Source: a virus
Reading direction: 5' to 3' (one strand)
IMG/VR virus record: IMGVR_UViG_3300045996_003161
Length of the DNA stretch: 64,000 nucleotides
Part shown: positions 1-7,898 of the stretch, piece by piece
How the letters are laid out: each line of letters starts with the position of its first letter
How positions within the stretch are numbered: the stretch's first letter is position 1
Notes under the pieces: generated by a model
Seen by the model: the letters and a program-made list of their open reading frames with translations, nothing else
The model's database searches: none
Told to the model about the DNA's origin: nothing
Program-made: the position numbers and the translations under genes

Positions 1-254
1 GTTTCTGTAACGGTATTAGGTATTTCGTCATTTTCTGCATCCCAATCTGCATCATTACAGGAACATCCAGAATCAAATACATAGCCGATTTTTCCATCCT
101 TCGTTATTCCAACAAAATTTGCATCCCATTCATAATTTTCCCATCTATAAGAGTTTACTAAAGGGATCATATTTCTTCCGCCAAAATCAATTTTATTTAC
201 ATTAGCTAATACAATTTCTAGTTTATTTTTTATCTCATCCGTTAAATTTAGCAT
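1..254 (-). CDS. Hypothetical viral protein, 3' end truncated by the window edge
   Basis: Manual translation from ATG at 254: MLNLTDEIKNK...YEWDANFVGITKDGKIGYVFDSGCSC; TATA-like element upstream. Confidence 0.7.
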   Translation of the reverse strand, partial: MLNLTDEIKNKLEIVLANVNKIDFGGRNMIPLVNSYRWENYEWDANFVGITKDGKIGYVFDSGCSCNDADWDAENDEIPNTVTE

Positions 255-316
255 AAAAAAGTAAGGTCTTTTGATATTTATAAACGTTTATATTTACTTA
301 TAACTTTTATTTTATT

Positions 317-526
317 ATGGGTGAAGTAGAGGCAATAATAATCCTTTCATTTGTAAGTGCAGGAGTAGGAGCTCTTATCTGGAGGTCTATGGATTTAGGG
401 TTAATGGATGAAATTTATCCATCTGAAAAAACTGGAAGAACATTAAAAGGAGCATTTTATGGATTTATATTTATTTGGATTTTATATGGAATTCTTCGTC
501 TTTTAAGTTGGGCAATTAATATTTAA
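317..526 (+). CDS. Small membrane protein (2 TM)
   Basis: Two hydrophobic segments; TTTATATT about 25 nt upstream. Confidence 0.7.
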   Translation: MGEVEAIIILSFVSAGVGALIWRSMDLGLMDEIYPSEKTGRTLKGAFYGFIFIWILYGILRLLSWAINI

Positions 527-564
527 AGAAAACATTTATATTAAATTTTACAGTATAATCTTCT

Positions 565-726
565 GTGGACAAAGTAATAATCGCAAATTGTATAATGATT
601 CTTCTTATAGGTTCATTATTTGTATCAACTAAAAGATATAAAGATTACTGCGTACCTATTTGTATGATTGGTGTATCATTAATTCTCGTTTTGTTACTTT
701 TCAACCTTTTTGGAATCTACGGGTGA
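565..726 (+). CDS. Small membrane protein (GTG start, 53 aa, not in ORF track)
   Basis: VDKVIIANCIMILLIGSLFVSTKRYKDYCVPICMIGVSLILVLLLFNLFGIYG; AAACATTTATATT promoter upstream. Confidence 0.5.
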   Translation: MDKVIIANCIMILLIGSLFVSTKRYKDYCVPICMIGVSLILVLLLFNLFGIYG

Positions 727-912
727 ATCATAACACTTACTACAATAATGTTTTCTACTGTACATATCCATGTATATTTCAGGTGGAATTGCTTTTGTCG
801 TAGAAGTTGAAATACCTTTAATTGGAGTTACTTCATAATAAACTATACCATCATTCCTTATTTCGTCTACCCTTTTTTTACATATATCACAAAATATTCT
901 TCTTTCTTCCAT
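694..912 (-). CDS. Small Zn-finger protein
   Basis: CDIC...CSKC motifs. Confidence 0.65.
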   Translation of the reverse strand: MEERRIFCDICKKRVDEIRNDGIVYYEVTPIKGISTSTTKAIPPEIYMDMYSRKHYCSKCYDSPVDSKKVEK

Positions 913-944
913 AAAAAAACAAACACATACAAATATTTAAGGAG

Positions 945-1015
945 TACTGTAGCCACATCAGTCTTCCCATTCAATCCCCGCTTATTAGCTAGACAGGATC
1001 GGTAGAGTTCGGCTA
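945..1015 (-). ncRNA. Candidate structured small RNA (long imperfect hairpin followed by ACA)
   Basis: TATA-like CTTAAATA (1036-1043, minus) about 22 nt upstream; stems UAGCCG/UGGCUA and CGAUCCU/GGGAUUG; GC-rich in AT-rich context. Confidence 0.4.
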
Positions 1016-1047
1016 AAATATATTAAATTAATCACTATTTAAGTATT

Positions 1048-1121
1048 AAAAACGTGGCTACATCCCACGCCACGCATGAGAACACAACGAAACAGCGAAA
1101 AACAGAAACGCTATGGGATGC
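1048..1121 (-). ncRNA. Candidate small RNA with alternative stems and U-rich loops
   Basis: AAACATTTATATAAC promoter about 25 nt upstream, no credible ORF; stems GCAUCCCA/UGGGAUGU, AGCG/CGCU and CGUGGC/GCCACG followed by U5. Confidence 0.45.
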
Positions 1122-1198
1122 AATATTAATATAAGTAAAAATGTTATATAAATGTTTCCATAATTCATATAGAGTAAAAAAGGTTAATAACTTATTTA

Positions 1199-1267
1199 AT
1201 GAGTGATCCAGATTCCGAACCTATTAATATTGAAGATGTAGAAGTAGAAGATGTTGAAGGAGAATAA
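1199..1267 (+). CDS. 22-aa acidic micropeptide MSDPDSEPINIEDVEVEDVEGE
   Basis: Manual translation; strongly biased D/E composition. Confidence 0.4.
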   Translation: MSDPDSEPINIEDVEVEDVEGE

Positions 1268-1381
1268 ATTTTTATCAACTAATTACTTCAACAAGTTTTT
1301 ATTTAAACTTTACTGAATTTTTGTATAGTAATACTGGATTTTTAATAAATGTAAAAAATGGCTCTCTCCCGCCGTATAAAA

Positions 1382-1513
1382 CAAATAGTTGTATACTCAG
1401 GATAGTATTTAAACCTTTTTGTTGAATTTAAAATTTTTACTTTTTCTTAGTTTTTGATTTTGATGTAGGCATGTCGCAAATAGTAATATTCTCAGGGATC
1501 TATTTAAACCCTT
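1382..1513. repeat. 37-bp imperfect direct repeat (1382-1418 and 1477-1513), each copy containing a minus-strand TATA box
   Basis: caaatagttgtatactcaggatagtatttaaaccttt vs caaatagtaatattctcagggatctatttaaaccctt. Confidence 0.75.
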
Positions 1514-1558
1514 TGGTTCAGGTAAAGGTTTAAATATGAAACAATAACAATTATTAAT

Positions 1559-1756
1559 ATGGTAGACGTAATAATACTGTTACTAGGTGCTGCTATATAT
1601 AATATTGTTCTTGGTTTTGGAACATTAGGTTTCGCTTATGGAGCTTTTGTAAGTTTTAGAGAAGAAGATAGGTTTGAAGGGATATTATGTACTATAGTTT
1701 TTGTGGTACTTTTGTTAACATGGATACTAATAAATTATCTATTCTTTAGGAGTTAA
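1559..1756 (+). CDS. Small membrane protein (2 TM)
   Basis: Hydrophobic hairpin; AAAGGTTTAAATA promoter. Confidence 0.65.
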   Translation: MVDVIILLLGAAIYNIVLGFGTLGFAYGAFVSFREEDRFEGILCTIVFVVLLLTWILINYLFFRS

Positions 1757-1758
1757 AA

Positions 1759-1947
1759 ATGATAGATTTAATATTATTACTCCTGATCAATATTACAAGT
1801 GCTTTAGGGTTATATTGGGTTATTAGGGTGATATATGATTCCCCTACTAATGCTATACGTATAACATTCCTTATCCTTATTACTATTATGATAATATCTA
1901 TTGTACTAGTTAACTATATGGTACTAGATCTACATTACCATTATTAG
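1759..1947 (+). CDS. Small membrane protein (2 TM), possible paralog of 1559..1756
   Basis: MIDLILLLL vs MVDVIILLL starts; similar topology. Confidence 0.6.
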   Translation: MIDLILLLLINITSALGLYWVIRVIYDSPTNAIRITFLILITIMIISIVLVNYMVLDLHYHY

Positions 1948-1994
1948 TATATTATATTATTTACCGTTATAACATTAGTACGTTATTAGTAATT

Positions 1995-2124
1995 GGCCGT
2001 TGTACGTTATATGTACATGTACATCGGCCGGAAACGGCCGGGTAATGTGAGCGAAGCGAACATATAGAGTTTTGTTTTGAACGGATATATAACAACCCCT
2101 CCGGGGTTAGACCTGCAAGACAGG
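1995..2124. other. Non-coding palindrome/hairpin cluster (possible origin, packaging site or structured RNA)
   Basis: 14-bp palindrome ATGTACATGTACAT (2011-2024); CGGCCG-GAAA-CGGCCG (2025-2040); AACCCC-TCC-GGGGTT (2094-2108); CCTG-CAAGA-CAGG (2112-2124). Confidence 0.6.
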
Positions 2125-2229
2125 ATCTCTGATTTCTGATATATAAACATTTTAACCCTATTTCCCCCATTAAATTGTAGGTTAATATGTATGCAAAAGT
2201 TTATATTTAAGCATCAAATTTTTAGTTTT

Positions 2230-2370
2230 ATGAAAGTAAAATTCTTTCCTGCATCAATGTTTGAAACTTTAGAAATTTATATAAATAGCTTTATTTCAGA
2301 TAAAAAAGTTATAGATGTAAAAGTTGATTATACTCCAACAGGATTTTATGCAATTGTCCTTTATGAATAA
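2230..2370 (+). CDS. 46-aa hypothetical protein
   Basis: Manual translation MKVKFFPASMFE...YAIVLYE; own AAAAGTTTATATTT promoter. Confidence 0.55.
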   Translation: MKVKFFPASMFETLEIYINSFISDKKVIDVKVDYTPTGFYAIVLYE

Positions 2371-2403
2371 ACATTTATATAATCAAAAAATCTAATGATT
2401 GGT

Positions 2404-2538
2404 ATGAGTCAGAGCCAAAAACTTGTATGTAGATCTTGCAACCATTTATTAAAAATTCACTTTCGAAGGGTAATTTGTCGTTGTCCTTGTTTCCCATGTC
2501 AAGCGGAAGGATGCGATTGTAATAGGGTTTGGACTTGA
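2404..2538 (+). CDS. 44-aa Cys/His-rich metal-binding microprotein
   Basis: CRSCNH..H...CRCPCFPCQAEGCDC; own AACATTTATATA promoter. Confidence 0.6.
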   Translation: MSQSQKLVCRSCNHLLKIHFRRVICRCPCFPCQAEGCDCNRVWT

Positions 2539-2544
2539 TAGCTT

Positions 2545-2748
2545 TTGACCGATAATCCCTTACAATATGTTATCTCCCTCCCCTTAGCTGTATCTGGTGC
2601 AATTTTTATATTATATTTAGAGCATATGGTTTTAGAAGAGAATGCATTCTTTATTGTTGGATTTATTAGCTTTGTATGTGTTATATATTTTGCTTTTATC
2701 TTGGGAGATAAACTTATAAGTATGATTGAGGTAAAGAGAAAACGATGA
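2545..2748 (+). CDS. Small membrane protein
   Basis: Two TM segments. Confidence 0.55.
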   Translation: MTDNPLQYVISLPLAVSGAIFILYLEHMVLEENAFFIVGFISFVCVIYFAFILGDKLISMIEVKRKR

Positions 2749-3008
2749 GTTCTCACTGTAGAGATCGATGTAGAAAGATCAAAGAAGCTGTGTGTTATAA
2801 AAATAGAAAGAAATATAAGATGGGTACAACGGGCGTGAAATGTTCAACCTGTGAAATACATTTACCAATTAATTATAGTGGAATAAAGTTAGCTAAGAAT
2901 GGTGCAAGGATTTGTCCATGTTGTGGATGTAAATTATCATCAAGAATTAATTCTAAAAAACATTATGTAGAACAATTAGTAGCTTGTGGAAAGGTGGTAC
3001 GATATTAG
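2745..3008 (+). CDS. Cys-rich Zn-ribbon protein
   Basis: CRDRC, CSTC and CPCC motifs; ATGA overlap with upstream gene. Confidence 0.7.
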   Translation: MSSHCRDRCRKIKEAVCYKNRKKYKMGTTGVKCSTCEIHLPINYSGIKLAKNGARICPCCGCKLSSRINSKKHYVEQLVACGKVVRY

Positions 3009-3114
3009 TGGGTTTTATTTATGTTTTTAAATATTGTGATAAAACAGGTAGTTGGGGATTTGTTATTGAACATGAAGAAAAAGAGTATAGATTACAAAAG
3101 CTTTTATATGAGGA

Positions 3115-3315
3115 TTGGGAAGAAGATTAATGGAAATACCTATAGGTAAATGGATTGGTATAAGATGGTCAGTATTATCTAATATGGTTAAAGGTTTACC
3201 TATATTTAATTTTGGAATTATATTGACTAAAACGAGTATGTATGCAGATCTAGATAGCAAATGGTTAACGGTTTATGAATTTGAGGAGCAAGGAATACTA
3301 AATGGAAAAAATTAA
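3115..3315 (+). CDS. Hypothetical protein
   Basis: ORF in a tightly coupled gene string; AAAAGCTTTTATAT upstream. Confidence 0.5.
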   Translation: MGRRLMEIPIGKWIGIRWSVLSNMVKGLPIFNFGIILTKTSMYADLDSKWLTVYEFEEQGILNGKN

Positions 3316-3652
3316 ATTAACTAAAGAACAAAAAGAGATATTAGATAGACTTAATTCAATGCTATTTCATGATTATTGGCCAATAGTACTTCAATCTATG
3401 GAAAATTATGAAGAGCTTAAGGAATATTCAGATATGGATAAACACGAGAAAGCAATATATACTCAAGGATATGCTAAAGCAGTTTGGGATATAACTTACA
3501 ATACAGAAGCTGCCAAGGATGGATATTTACCTGATGACAATACAATTAAAAATTGGAATAAAGAAAAGCTTGAACAATTAAAAAAAGAAGGATACAAAAT
3601 TGAAGAAAAAGATGGTATAATACATATTAGTTCAAAAGTGAAGGATGAATGA
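3302..3652 (+). CDS. Hypothetical protein
   Basis: ORF track; coupled overlaps. Confidence 0.7.
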   Translation: MEKIKLTKEQKEILDRLNSMLFHDYWPIVLQSMENYEELKEYSDMDKHEKAIYTQGYAKAVWDITYNTEAAKDGYLPDDNTIKNWNKEKLEQLKKEGYKIEEKDGIIHISSKVKDE

Positions 3653-3909
3653 AAGTATACGTTATTGTTCAATCAGACTATGAGTGTGGAGCTGGATTAT
3701 CCGGTAAAGTTTTTGATTCAGAAGAAAAGGCTAGAAAATATGTAGATAAATTAAATAAAGAAACTTATGATGGATGGTTAGATTTTGCTAAAACTGAAAC
3801 TCATGAACTGATGAAAATGCGTCTTGAAGAATGTGGTTCACCTGAGGCTTATGCTAAAGATATGTTGGAACACGAAAAATATTTTTACCGTATGGAGGAA
3901 GTAGAATGA
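3649..3909 (+). CDS. Small phage-type protein (MKVYV...VF.SEEKA family)
   Basis: N-terminal motif shared with 5650..6117. Confidence 0.7.
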   Translation: MKVYVIVQSDYECGAGLSGKVFDSEEKARKYVDKLNKETYDGWLDFAKTETHELMKMRLEECGSPEAYAKDMLEHEKYFYRMEEVE

Positions 3910-4040
3910 ACGATCGTATTACCTATGAGTGTGGATGTTGGTATGATTTTGAATATGATTATGGAGTTCTTGTTTTGGATGAATATGGAACCCAGTTTGG
4001 TTTATGTGATAAACATTACAAAATGATTGATGATGAGTGA
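3906..4040 (+). CDS. 44-aa hypothetical protein (CGC...CDKH)
   Basis: Manual translation; ATGA overlap. Confidence 0.55.
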   Translation: MNDRITYECGCWYDFEYDYGVLVLDEYGTQFGLCDKHYKMIDDE

Positions 4041-4106
4041 AGAGCTTTTTATTCGTTTACTAATTGGTATTAGTTCTTTTCCTTTTTTAATATTAATATT
4101 TGCTAT

Positions 4107-4244
4107 ATGAATTACTGTTTTCTAGGAGATCATGAATGGGGCGAAGATGACGGGCAGAAAATTTACAGGGCTTGTATGAAATGCGTAAAATCAAAAGGTT
4201 CTGATATTAAAGAAGGGGCAAAATTACTCAGGGATCTTGATTAA
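4107..4244 (+). CDS. 45-aa C..H.W...CxxC microprotein
   Basis: MNYCFLGDHEWGEDDGQKIYRACMKC... Confidence 0.5.
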   Translation: MNYCFLGDHEWGEDDGQKIYRACMKCVKSKGSDIKEGAKLLRDLD

Positions 4245-4279
4245 AAAAGTTTAAATATTAATAAAACTTATTTATCTTT

Positions 4280-4576
4280 ATGAGTGAAGAATTTCAATTC
4301 GATAAAAATCTTGTTAAACTTATTCAAGGATTAGGTCAACACAAAAATAGATTAATAATTTTAGAAGGGATAATTAATATTGGTAAAGATGAAGTTACTA
4401 TGAAAGAGCTTCAAGAAAATACTAATTATAATATTACCGAAATACATAAACAATTACAGGAATTGGTTTCAAGTGGAATAGTTACACGGGCTGGAATGGA
4501 TGAAAAAGATCCTACACGTTATACGATTTCTCCACTTGGTAGAAAATTACTTCAGGCATTAAATACTGTGATTTAA
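4280..4576 (+). CDS. Winged helix-turn-helix transcription regulator (ArsR/MarR/TrmB-like)
   Basis: TMKELQENTNYNITEIHKQLQELVSSGIV...YTISPLG pattern; own promoter. Confidence 0.75.
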   Translation: MSEEFQFDKNLVKLIQGLGQHKNRLIILEGIINIGKDEVTMKELQENTNYNITEIHKQLQELVSSGIVTRAGMDEKDPTRYTISPLGRKLLQALNTVI

Positions 4577-4885
4577 ATGAAAGGTTACATTTTTCTTGTT
4601 GTTTTTATTTTTGGAGTTCAATCTGCATTTGCTCAGGTTACTGAGGATCAATGGGTTACTCAAGAACAGATAGATAAATGTACAAAATTTAATGGTTTTA
4701 GCTTGATAATAATTATAATGCAAACTGAAGGTAATTCATTAAATATTTGTAGTTCTGTATTGGATAAAGCAATAGAGAAAGGGTATACAATTAAAACAGA
4801 TATTTTAGGCCCTGCTTGGTTAGGAGAGGGATGTAGTAGTAGTTGTGCATATACTAAATATATAATTCTTGAAAGAAATGAATAA
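4577..4885 (+). CDS. Secreted Cys-containing protein
   Basis: Signal peptide MKGYIFLVVFIFGVQSAFA. Confidence 0.65.
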   Translation: MKGYIFLVVFIFGVQSAFAQVTEDQWVTQEQIDKCTKFNGFSLIIIIMQTEGNSLNICSSVLDKAIEKGYTIKTDILGPAWLGEGCSSSCAYTKYIILERNE

Positions 4886-5072
4886 AACAATAAAAAAATA
4901 TTTAGAAACTGTTTATCCTGTTGGCCCTTATGTAAATGAGGGAACTTTCCGTAAACATAAATTAAAAAATAAAAAAATGGAAAAACGTAGAGGTTATCAT
5001 TTAAATCCATACACTTATATACTTGAAGAAACTTATCAAACATGGGAAAGGAAATATGACAAATTCAAATGA
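4869..5072 (+). CDS. Basic hypothetical protein
   Basis: ORF track; coupled gene string. Confidence 0.55.
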   Translation: MKEMNKTIKKYLETVYPVGPYVNEGTFRKHKLKNKKMEKRRGYHLNPYTYILEETYQTWERKYDKFK

Positions 5073-5271
5073 AGTGAAGGTTTCTCCGATTTTACTTGGT
5101 CAAGAGTTAGGTCATTCTGATTCAAAATATTTACAAAAACGTGTAGATGAATGTTTACAAACTCTAGAAGCTTTACTTAAAATTCATACAACTACTAAAA
5201 ATTGTTGCCCTGATATAACAAGAAGATTGGGATTAACAATTGGATATGTAAAGGATGTAAGAGTTGGATAG
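5056..5271 (+). CDS. Hypothetical protein
   Basis: Track ORF 5023..5271; start moved to ATG 5056 by overlap pattern. Confidence 0.55.
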   Translation: MTNSNEVKVSPILLGQELGHSDSKYLQKRVDECLQTLEALLKIHTTTKNCCPDITRRLGLTIGYVKDVRVG

Positions 5272-5500
5272 TCTTTCAGAATTACAGAAATTAGTTTATG
5301 AGATATTTACAGATCCATGTTGGAGAGGAAGCGGTTTACCTAATGTTCCTATAGAGATACAAGTTAGAAACTTATTAGAAAAATTAGGAAGAGAACAAGG
5401 AAGATATAAAGAGATTATAATGAGACAAGAAGATTTAATTAAGAAATTAGCTACCAGATTAGATGACTATATAAAATTTGGATATTCGAATACTTTATAA
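5264..5500 (+). CDS. Hypothetical coiled-coil protein
   Basis: ORF track. Confidence 0.55.
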   Translation: MDSLSELQKLVYEIFTDPCWRGSGLPNVPIEIQVRNLLEKLGREQGRYKEIIMRQEDLIKKLATRLDDYIKFGYSNTL

Positions 5501-5524
5501 GTAAGCATTCTGATTAAAGCTTTC

Positions 5525-5659
5525 ATGGCTAATTGTCCAACTTGTTCAAGAGATAGACCAGTCGAATTACAAATTGATCCCCGTACAATAAATAGAGAAT
5601 TTAAACGTGCAACATGCCCAAAGTGTAGAAAAGCGTTTGAGGTGAAGGATTGGGATTGA
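5525..5659 (+). CDS. 44-aa Zn-ribbon microprotein
   Basis: MANCPTCS...TCPKCRKAF, manual translation. Confidence 0.65.
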   Translation: MANCPTCSRDRPVELQIDPRTINREFKRATCPKCRKAFEVKDWD

Positions 5660-6117
5660 AAGTTTGGGTAGTTGAGGAAGGTTATTATTCCGATAGAGGA
5701 ATAAGTGCGATTTTTTCTACAGAGGAAAAGGCAAATGACTATATTAAAATAATGAACCAATATAGCTATAGTTGGGGTGATATTCATGAGAAACCTGTCG
5801 AATTTGATTTAGATCCACAGTTACCAAATATAAGGGATTATTTTGAATATGATCATTTTTATTGGGTTGAAATGGATAAGGAGGGTTATTTTAATAGAAT
5901 GCCTCAAAGAGGTGGAATTGATATAGAAAATCCTGATACAAGAAAGATACACTTTTATTTTAAAAGATCAGATCAAGAAGTTTTACTTGAAGGATTTGTT
6001 AATGCTAATGATGAAAAACATGCTTTACAAATTGTAAATAGAAAAAGAAAAGAAGTCTTTGACAAGTGGCCGAAACTTGAAGATTTCGATTTATGGAACC
6101 ATAATATAGATGTATAA
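5650..6117 (+). CDS. Phage-type hypothetical protein
   Basis: KVWVVEEGYYSDRGISAIFSTEEKA motif, related to 3649..3909. Confidence 0.7.
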   Translation: MGLKVWVVEEGYYSDRGISAIFSTEEKANDYIKIMNQYSYSWGDIHEKPVEFDLDPQLPNIRDYFEYDHFYWVEMDKEGYFNRMPQRGGIDIENPDTRKIHFYFKRSDQEVLLEGFVNANDEKHALQIVNRKRKEVFDKWPKLEDFDLWNHNIDV

Positions 6118-6805
6118 TATTGAAGGTTTTCAAATGCAGCTTGACGATAAAGATTCGTTAGGATTATCTAAAGGGATTAATGATCCTTCGCAGGTAGCGG
6201 CAATAAGGAAATTCGCTAAAGGAACGGTAATTGATATTGGAGCAAATATTGGATTTACTACACTTTTAATGGGAGAAAAAGCTTCTCAAGTTTATGCGTT
6301 TGAACCAGAAAAGACCAATTTTCAACTTCTTAAATCAAATGTTGAAGCAAATATTGATAAACTAGGAAGAGTTTCATTGTTCAATTTTGCCGTGGGAAAC
6401 AAAAATGAAAAAATTGATCTGTATTTATGTGATTTCAATCGTGGTATGCATAGAACATATCCTTCGAAGTGGTGTAAAGAAAAAGTACAAGTACAAATGG
6501 TAAGACTTGATGATTTAATAAATGATAAGATTGATTTTATAAAGATGGATATAGAGGGAGCAGAATTCCCAGCGTTAAAAGGTATGATACAGATTTTAGA
6601 AACTTCTCATCCAGTGTTAATGATTGAATTTCATCCTCCATCAATAGCTGAATCGGGAGTAAATCCTGAAAAGATTCATAGATTTTTAACTCATGTAGGA
6701 TATAATAAATTTAGTATGGTTGATGATTTAGCAAATCCTTTATCTTATTATCAAATAGAACAATATACACTATACGAAGCTGCGAAGAATCTCGTTTGTA
6801 TGTAA
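6110..6805 (+). CDS. FkbM-family SAM-dependent methyltransferase
   Basis: VIDIGANIG, VYAFEPE, IKMDIEGAE motifs. Confidence 0.92.
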   Translation: MYNIEGFQMQLDDKDSLGLSKGINDPSQVAAIRKFAKGTVIDIGANIGFTTLLMGEKASQVYAFEPEKTNFQLLKSNVEANIDKLGRVSLFNFAVGNKNEKIDLYLCDFNRGMHRTYPSKWCKEKVQVQMVRLDDLINDKIDFIKMDIEGAEFPALKGMIQILETSHPVLMIEFHPPSIAESGVNPEKIHRFLTHVGYNKFSMVDDLANPLSYYQIEQYTLYEAAKNLVCM

Positions 6806-6838
6806 ACCTTTAAATATAATATAGACGCTCTCTTATTC

Positions 6839-7222
6839 TTGGTACTAATAACTAGAATAGGTATAATAGGTTCACGTAGTAGAGATTCTAATGATGATTT
6901 TAAGAAAACGTTAAAGGCTTTTTCAGACTTGATACAAAAATATCATGCTGAAGAAGGTGAAATAATGATTATTTCTGGAGGGGCGAAAAAGGGTGGAGAT
7001 AGATTTGCTGAAATTATTGCTGATCAATTTGCTTGCCATAAAACAATTTATTATCCACAATATAGACTTTATGGTAAGATTGCACCGATTGTAAGAAATA
7101 CCCAAATAGCCAAGTTTTCTGATGCTCTTATAGCTTGTTGGGATAATAAGAGTGCAGGAACGGACAACGCTATCAAGACATTTAAGACTTTTCATCCGTT
7201 AGCTGACTTAATTGTTGTTTGA
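6839..7222 (+). CDS. SLOG-superfamily (DprA/YspA-like Rossmann fold) protein
   Basis: IGIIGSR, IISGGAKKGGD, RNTQIAKFSDALIACWD..SAGT. Confidence 0.8.
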   Translation: MVLITRIGIIGSRSRDSNDDFKKTLKAFSDLIQKYHAEEGEIMIISGGAKKGGDRFAEIIADQFACHKTIYYPQYRLYGKIAPIVRNTQIAKFSDALIACWDNKSAGTDNAIKTFKTFHPLADLIVV

Positions 7223-7257
7223 AAAGATTTATATAGGGTTTAGTATATATATAAATT

Positions 7258-7340
7258 GCAAGTCGTAGTTTCATCCATGGAAGAAGGGCTTTTTGGGTTT
7301 CTATTGTTTTCCCGTTTTCTCCCTTCTTCCACAATGTTTT
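7258..7340 (+). ncRNA. Candidate hairpin small RNA
   Basis: TTTATATA at 7228-7235; perfect 11-bp stem TGGAAGAAGGG (7278-7288) / CCCTTCTTCCA (7321-7331); U-rich loop; T-tract after. Confidence 0.4.
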
Positions 7341-7365
7341 TATATGATCATTATACAATTCAGTT

Positions 7366-7581
7366 ATGAGATTTGAAGTTGATGAAGAAGAATTAGTAGA
7401 TTTTATTCAAATGAAATATGAAAGTGATTATGCTGAACGAATATTTAGAAACTTTGAAACTTTTAGACAAATTTTTGAGGAAGAAGTTAAAATATTAGAA
7501 GATGAATTTTTAGAAATATTAGAGTTTTGTGTTGATGAAGCTATAGAAAAAATGAATGAAAGGTTGAGGAATTCAGAGTGA
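7366..7581 (+). CDS. Highly acidic hypothetical protein
   Basis: E/D-rich ORF with own TATA. Confidence 0.6.
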   Translation: MRFEVDEEELVDFIQMKYESDYAERIFRNFETFRQIFEEEVKILEDEFLEILEFCVDEAIEKMNERLRNSE

Positions 7582-7898
7582 TTAACTTAGATTTACGTGA
7601 AATTGATGTTAAATTAGGCCCAGTATTAAAGTGGCATAATAGAAGGAAACAACTTGAAAAAATTCAAATTAAACATGATAAAAGACCTCAAGGTGGGCGT
7701 TATCCGATTGCTTCTAAATATCTGGAAAGAATAAGTAAGCAACAGAAAGAAATTAATAAGCAACTTGTAGGTTTTGTATCTGAATATGAATCTAGAATTC
7801 GTTATAATTCTAATCATAACATTCGACCACAATATGTACATAGTAAAGATTTTGGTAAAGTAGTTCCTGAGGACTTTACTACCGTTAGATATTTATGA
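7578..7898 (+). CDS. Basic hypothetical protein
   Basis: ORF track. Confidence 0.6.
   Translation: MINLDLREIDVKLGPVLKWHNRRKQLEKIQIKHDKRPQGGRYPIASKYLERISKQQKEINKQLVGFVSEYESRIRYNSNHNIRPQYVHSKDFGKVVPEDFTTVRYL

Noticed and set aside
945-1121. tRNA or C/D-box RNA
   Set aside because: No cloverleaf, T-loop consensus or 5' RUGAUGA box; kept only as unclassified sRNA candidates.
1967-2170. Track ORF 1967..2170 (-) as a protein-coding gene
   Set aside because: It runs through the palindrome cluster and has no protein-like features.
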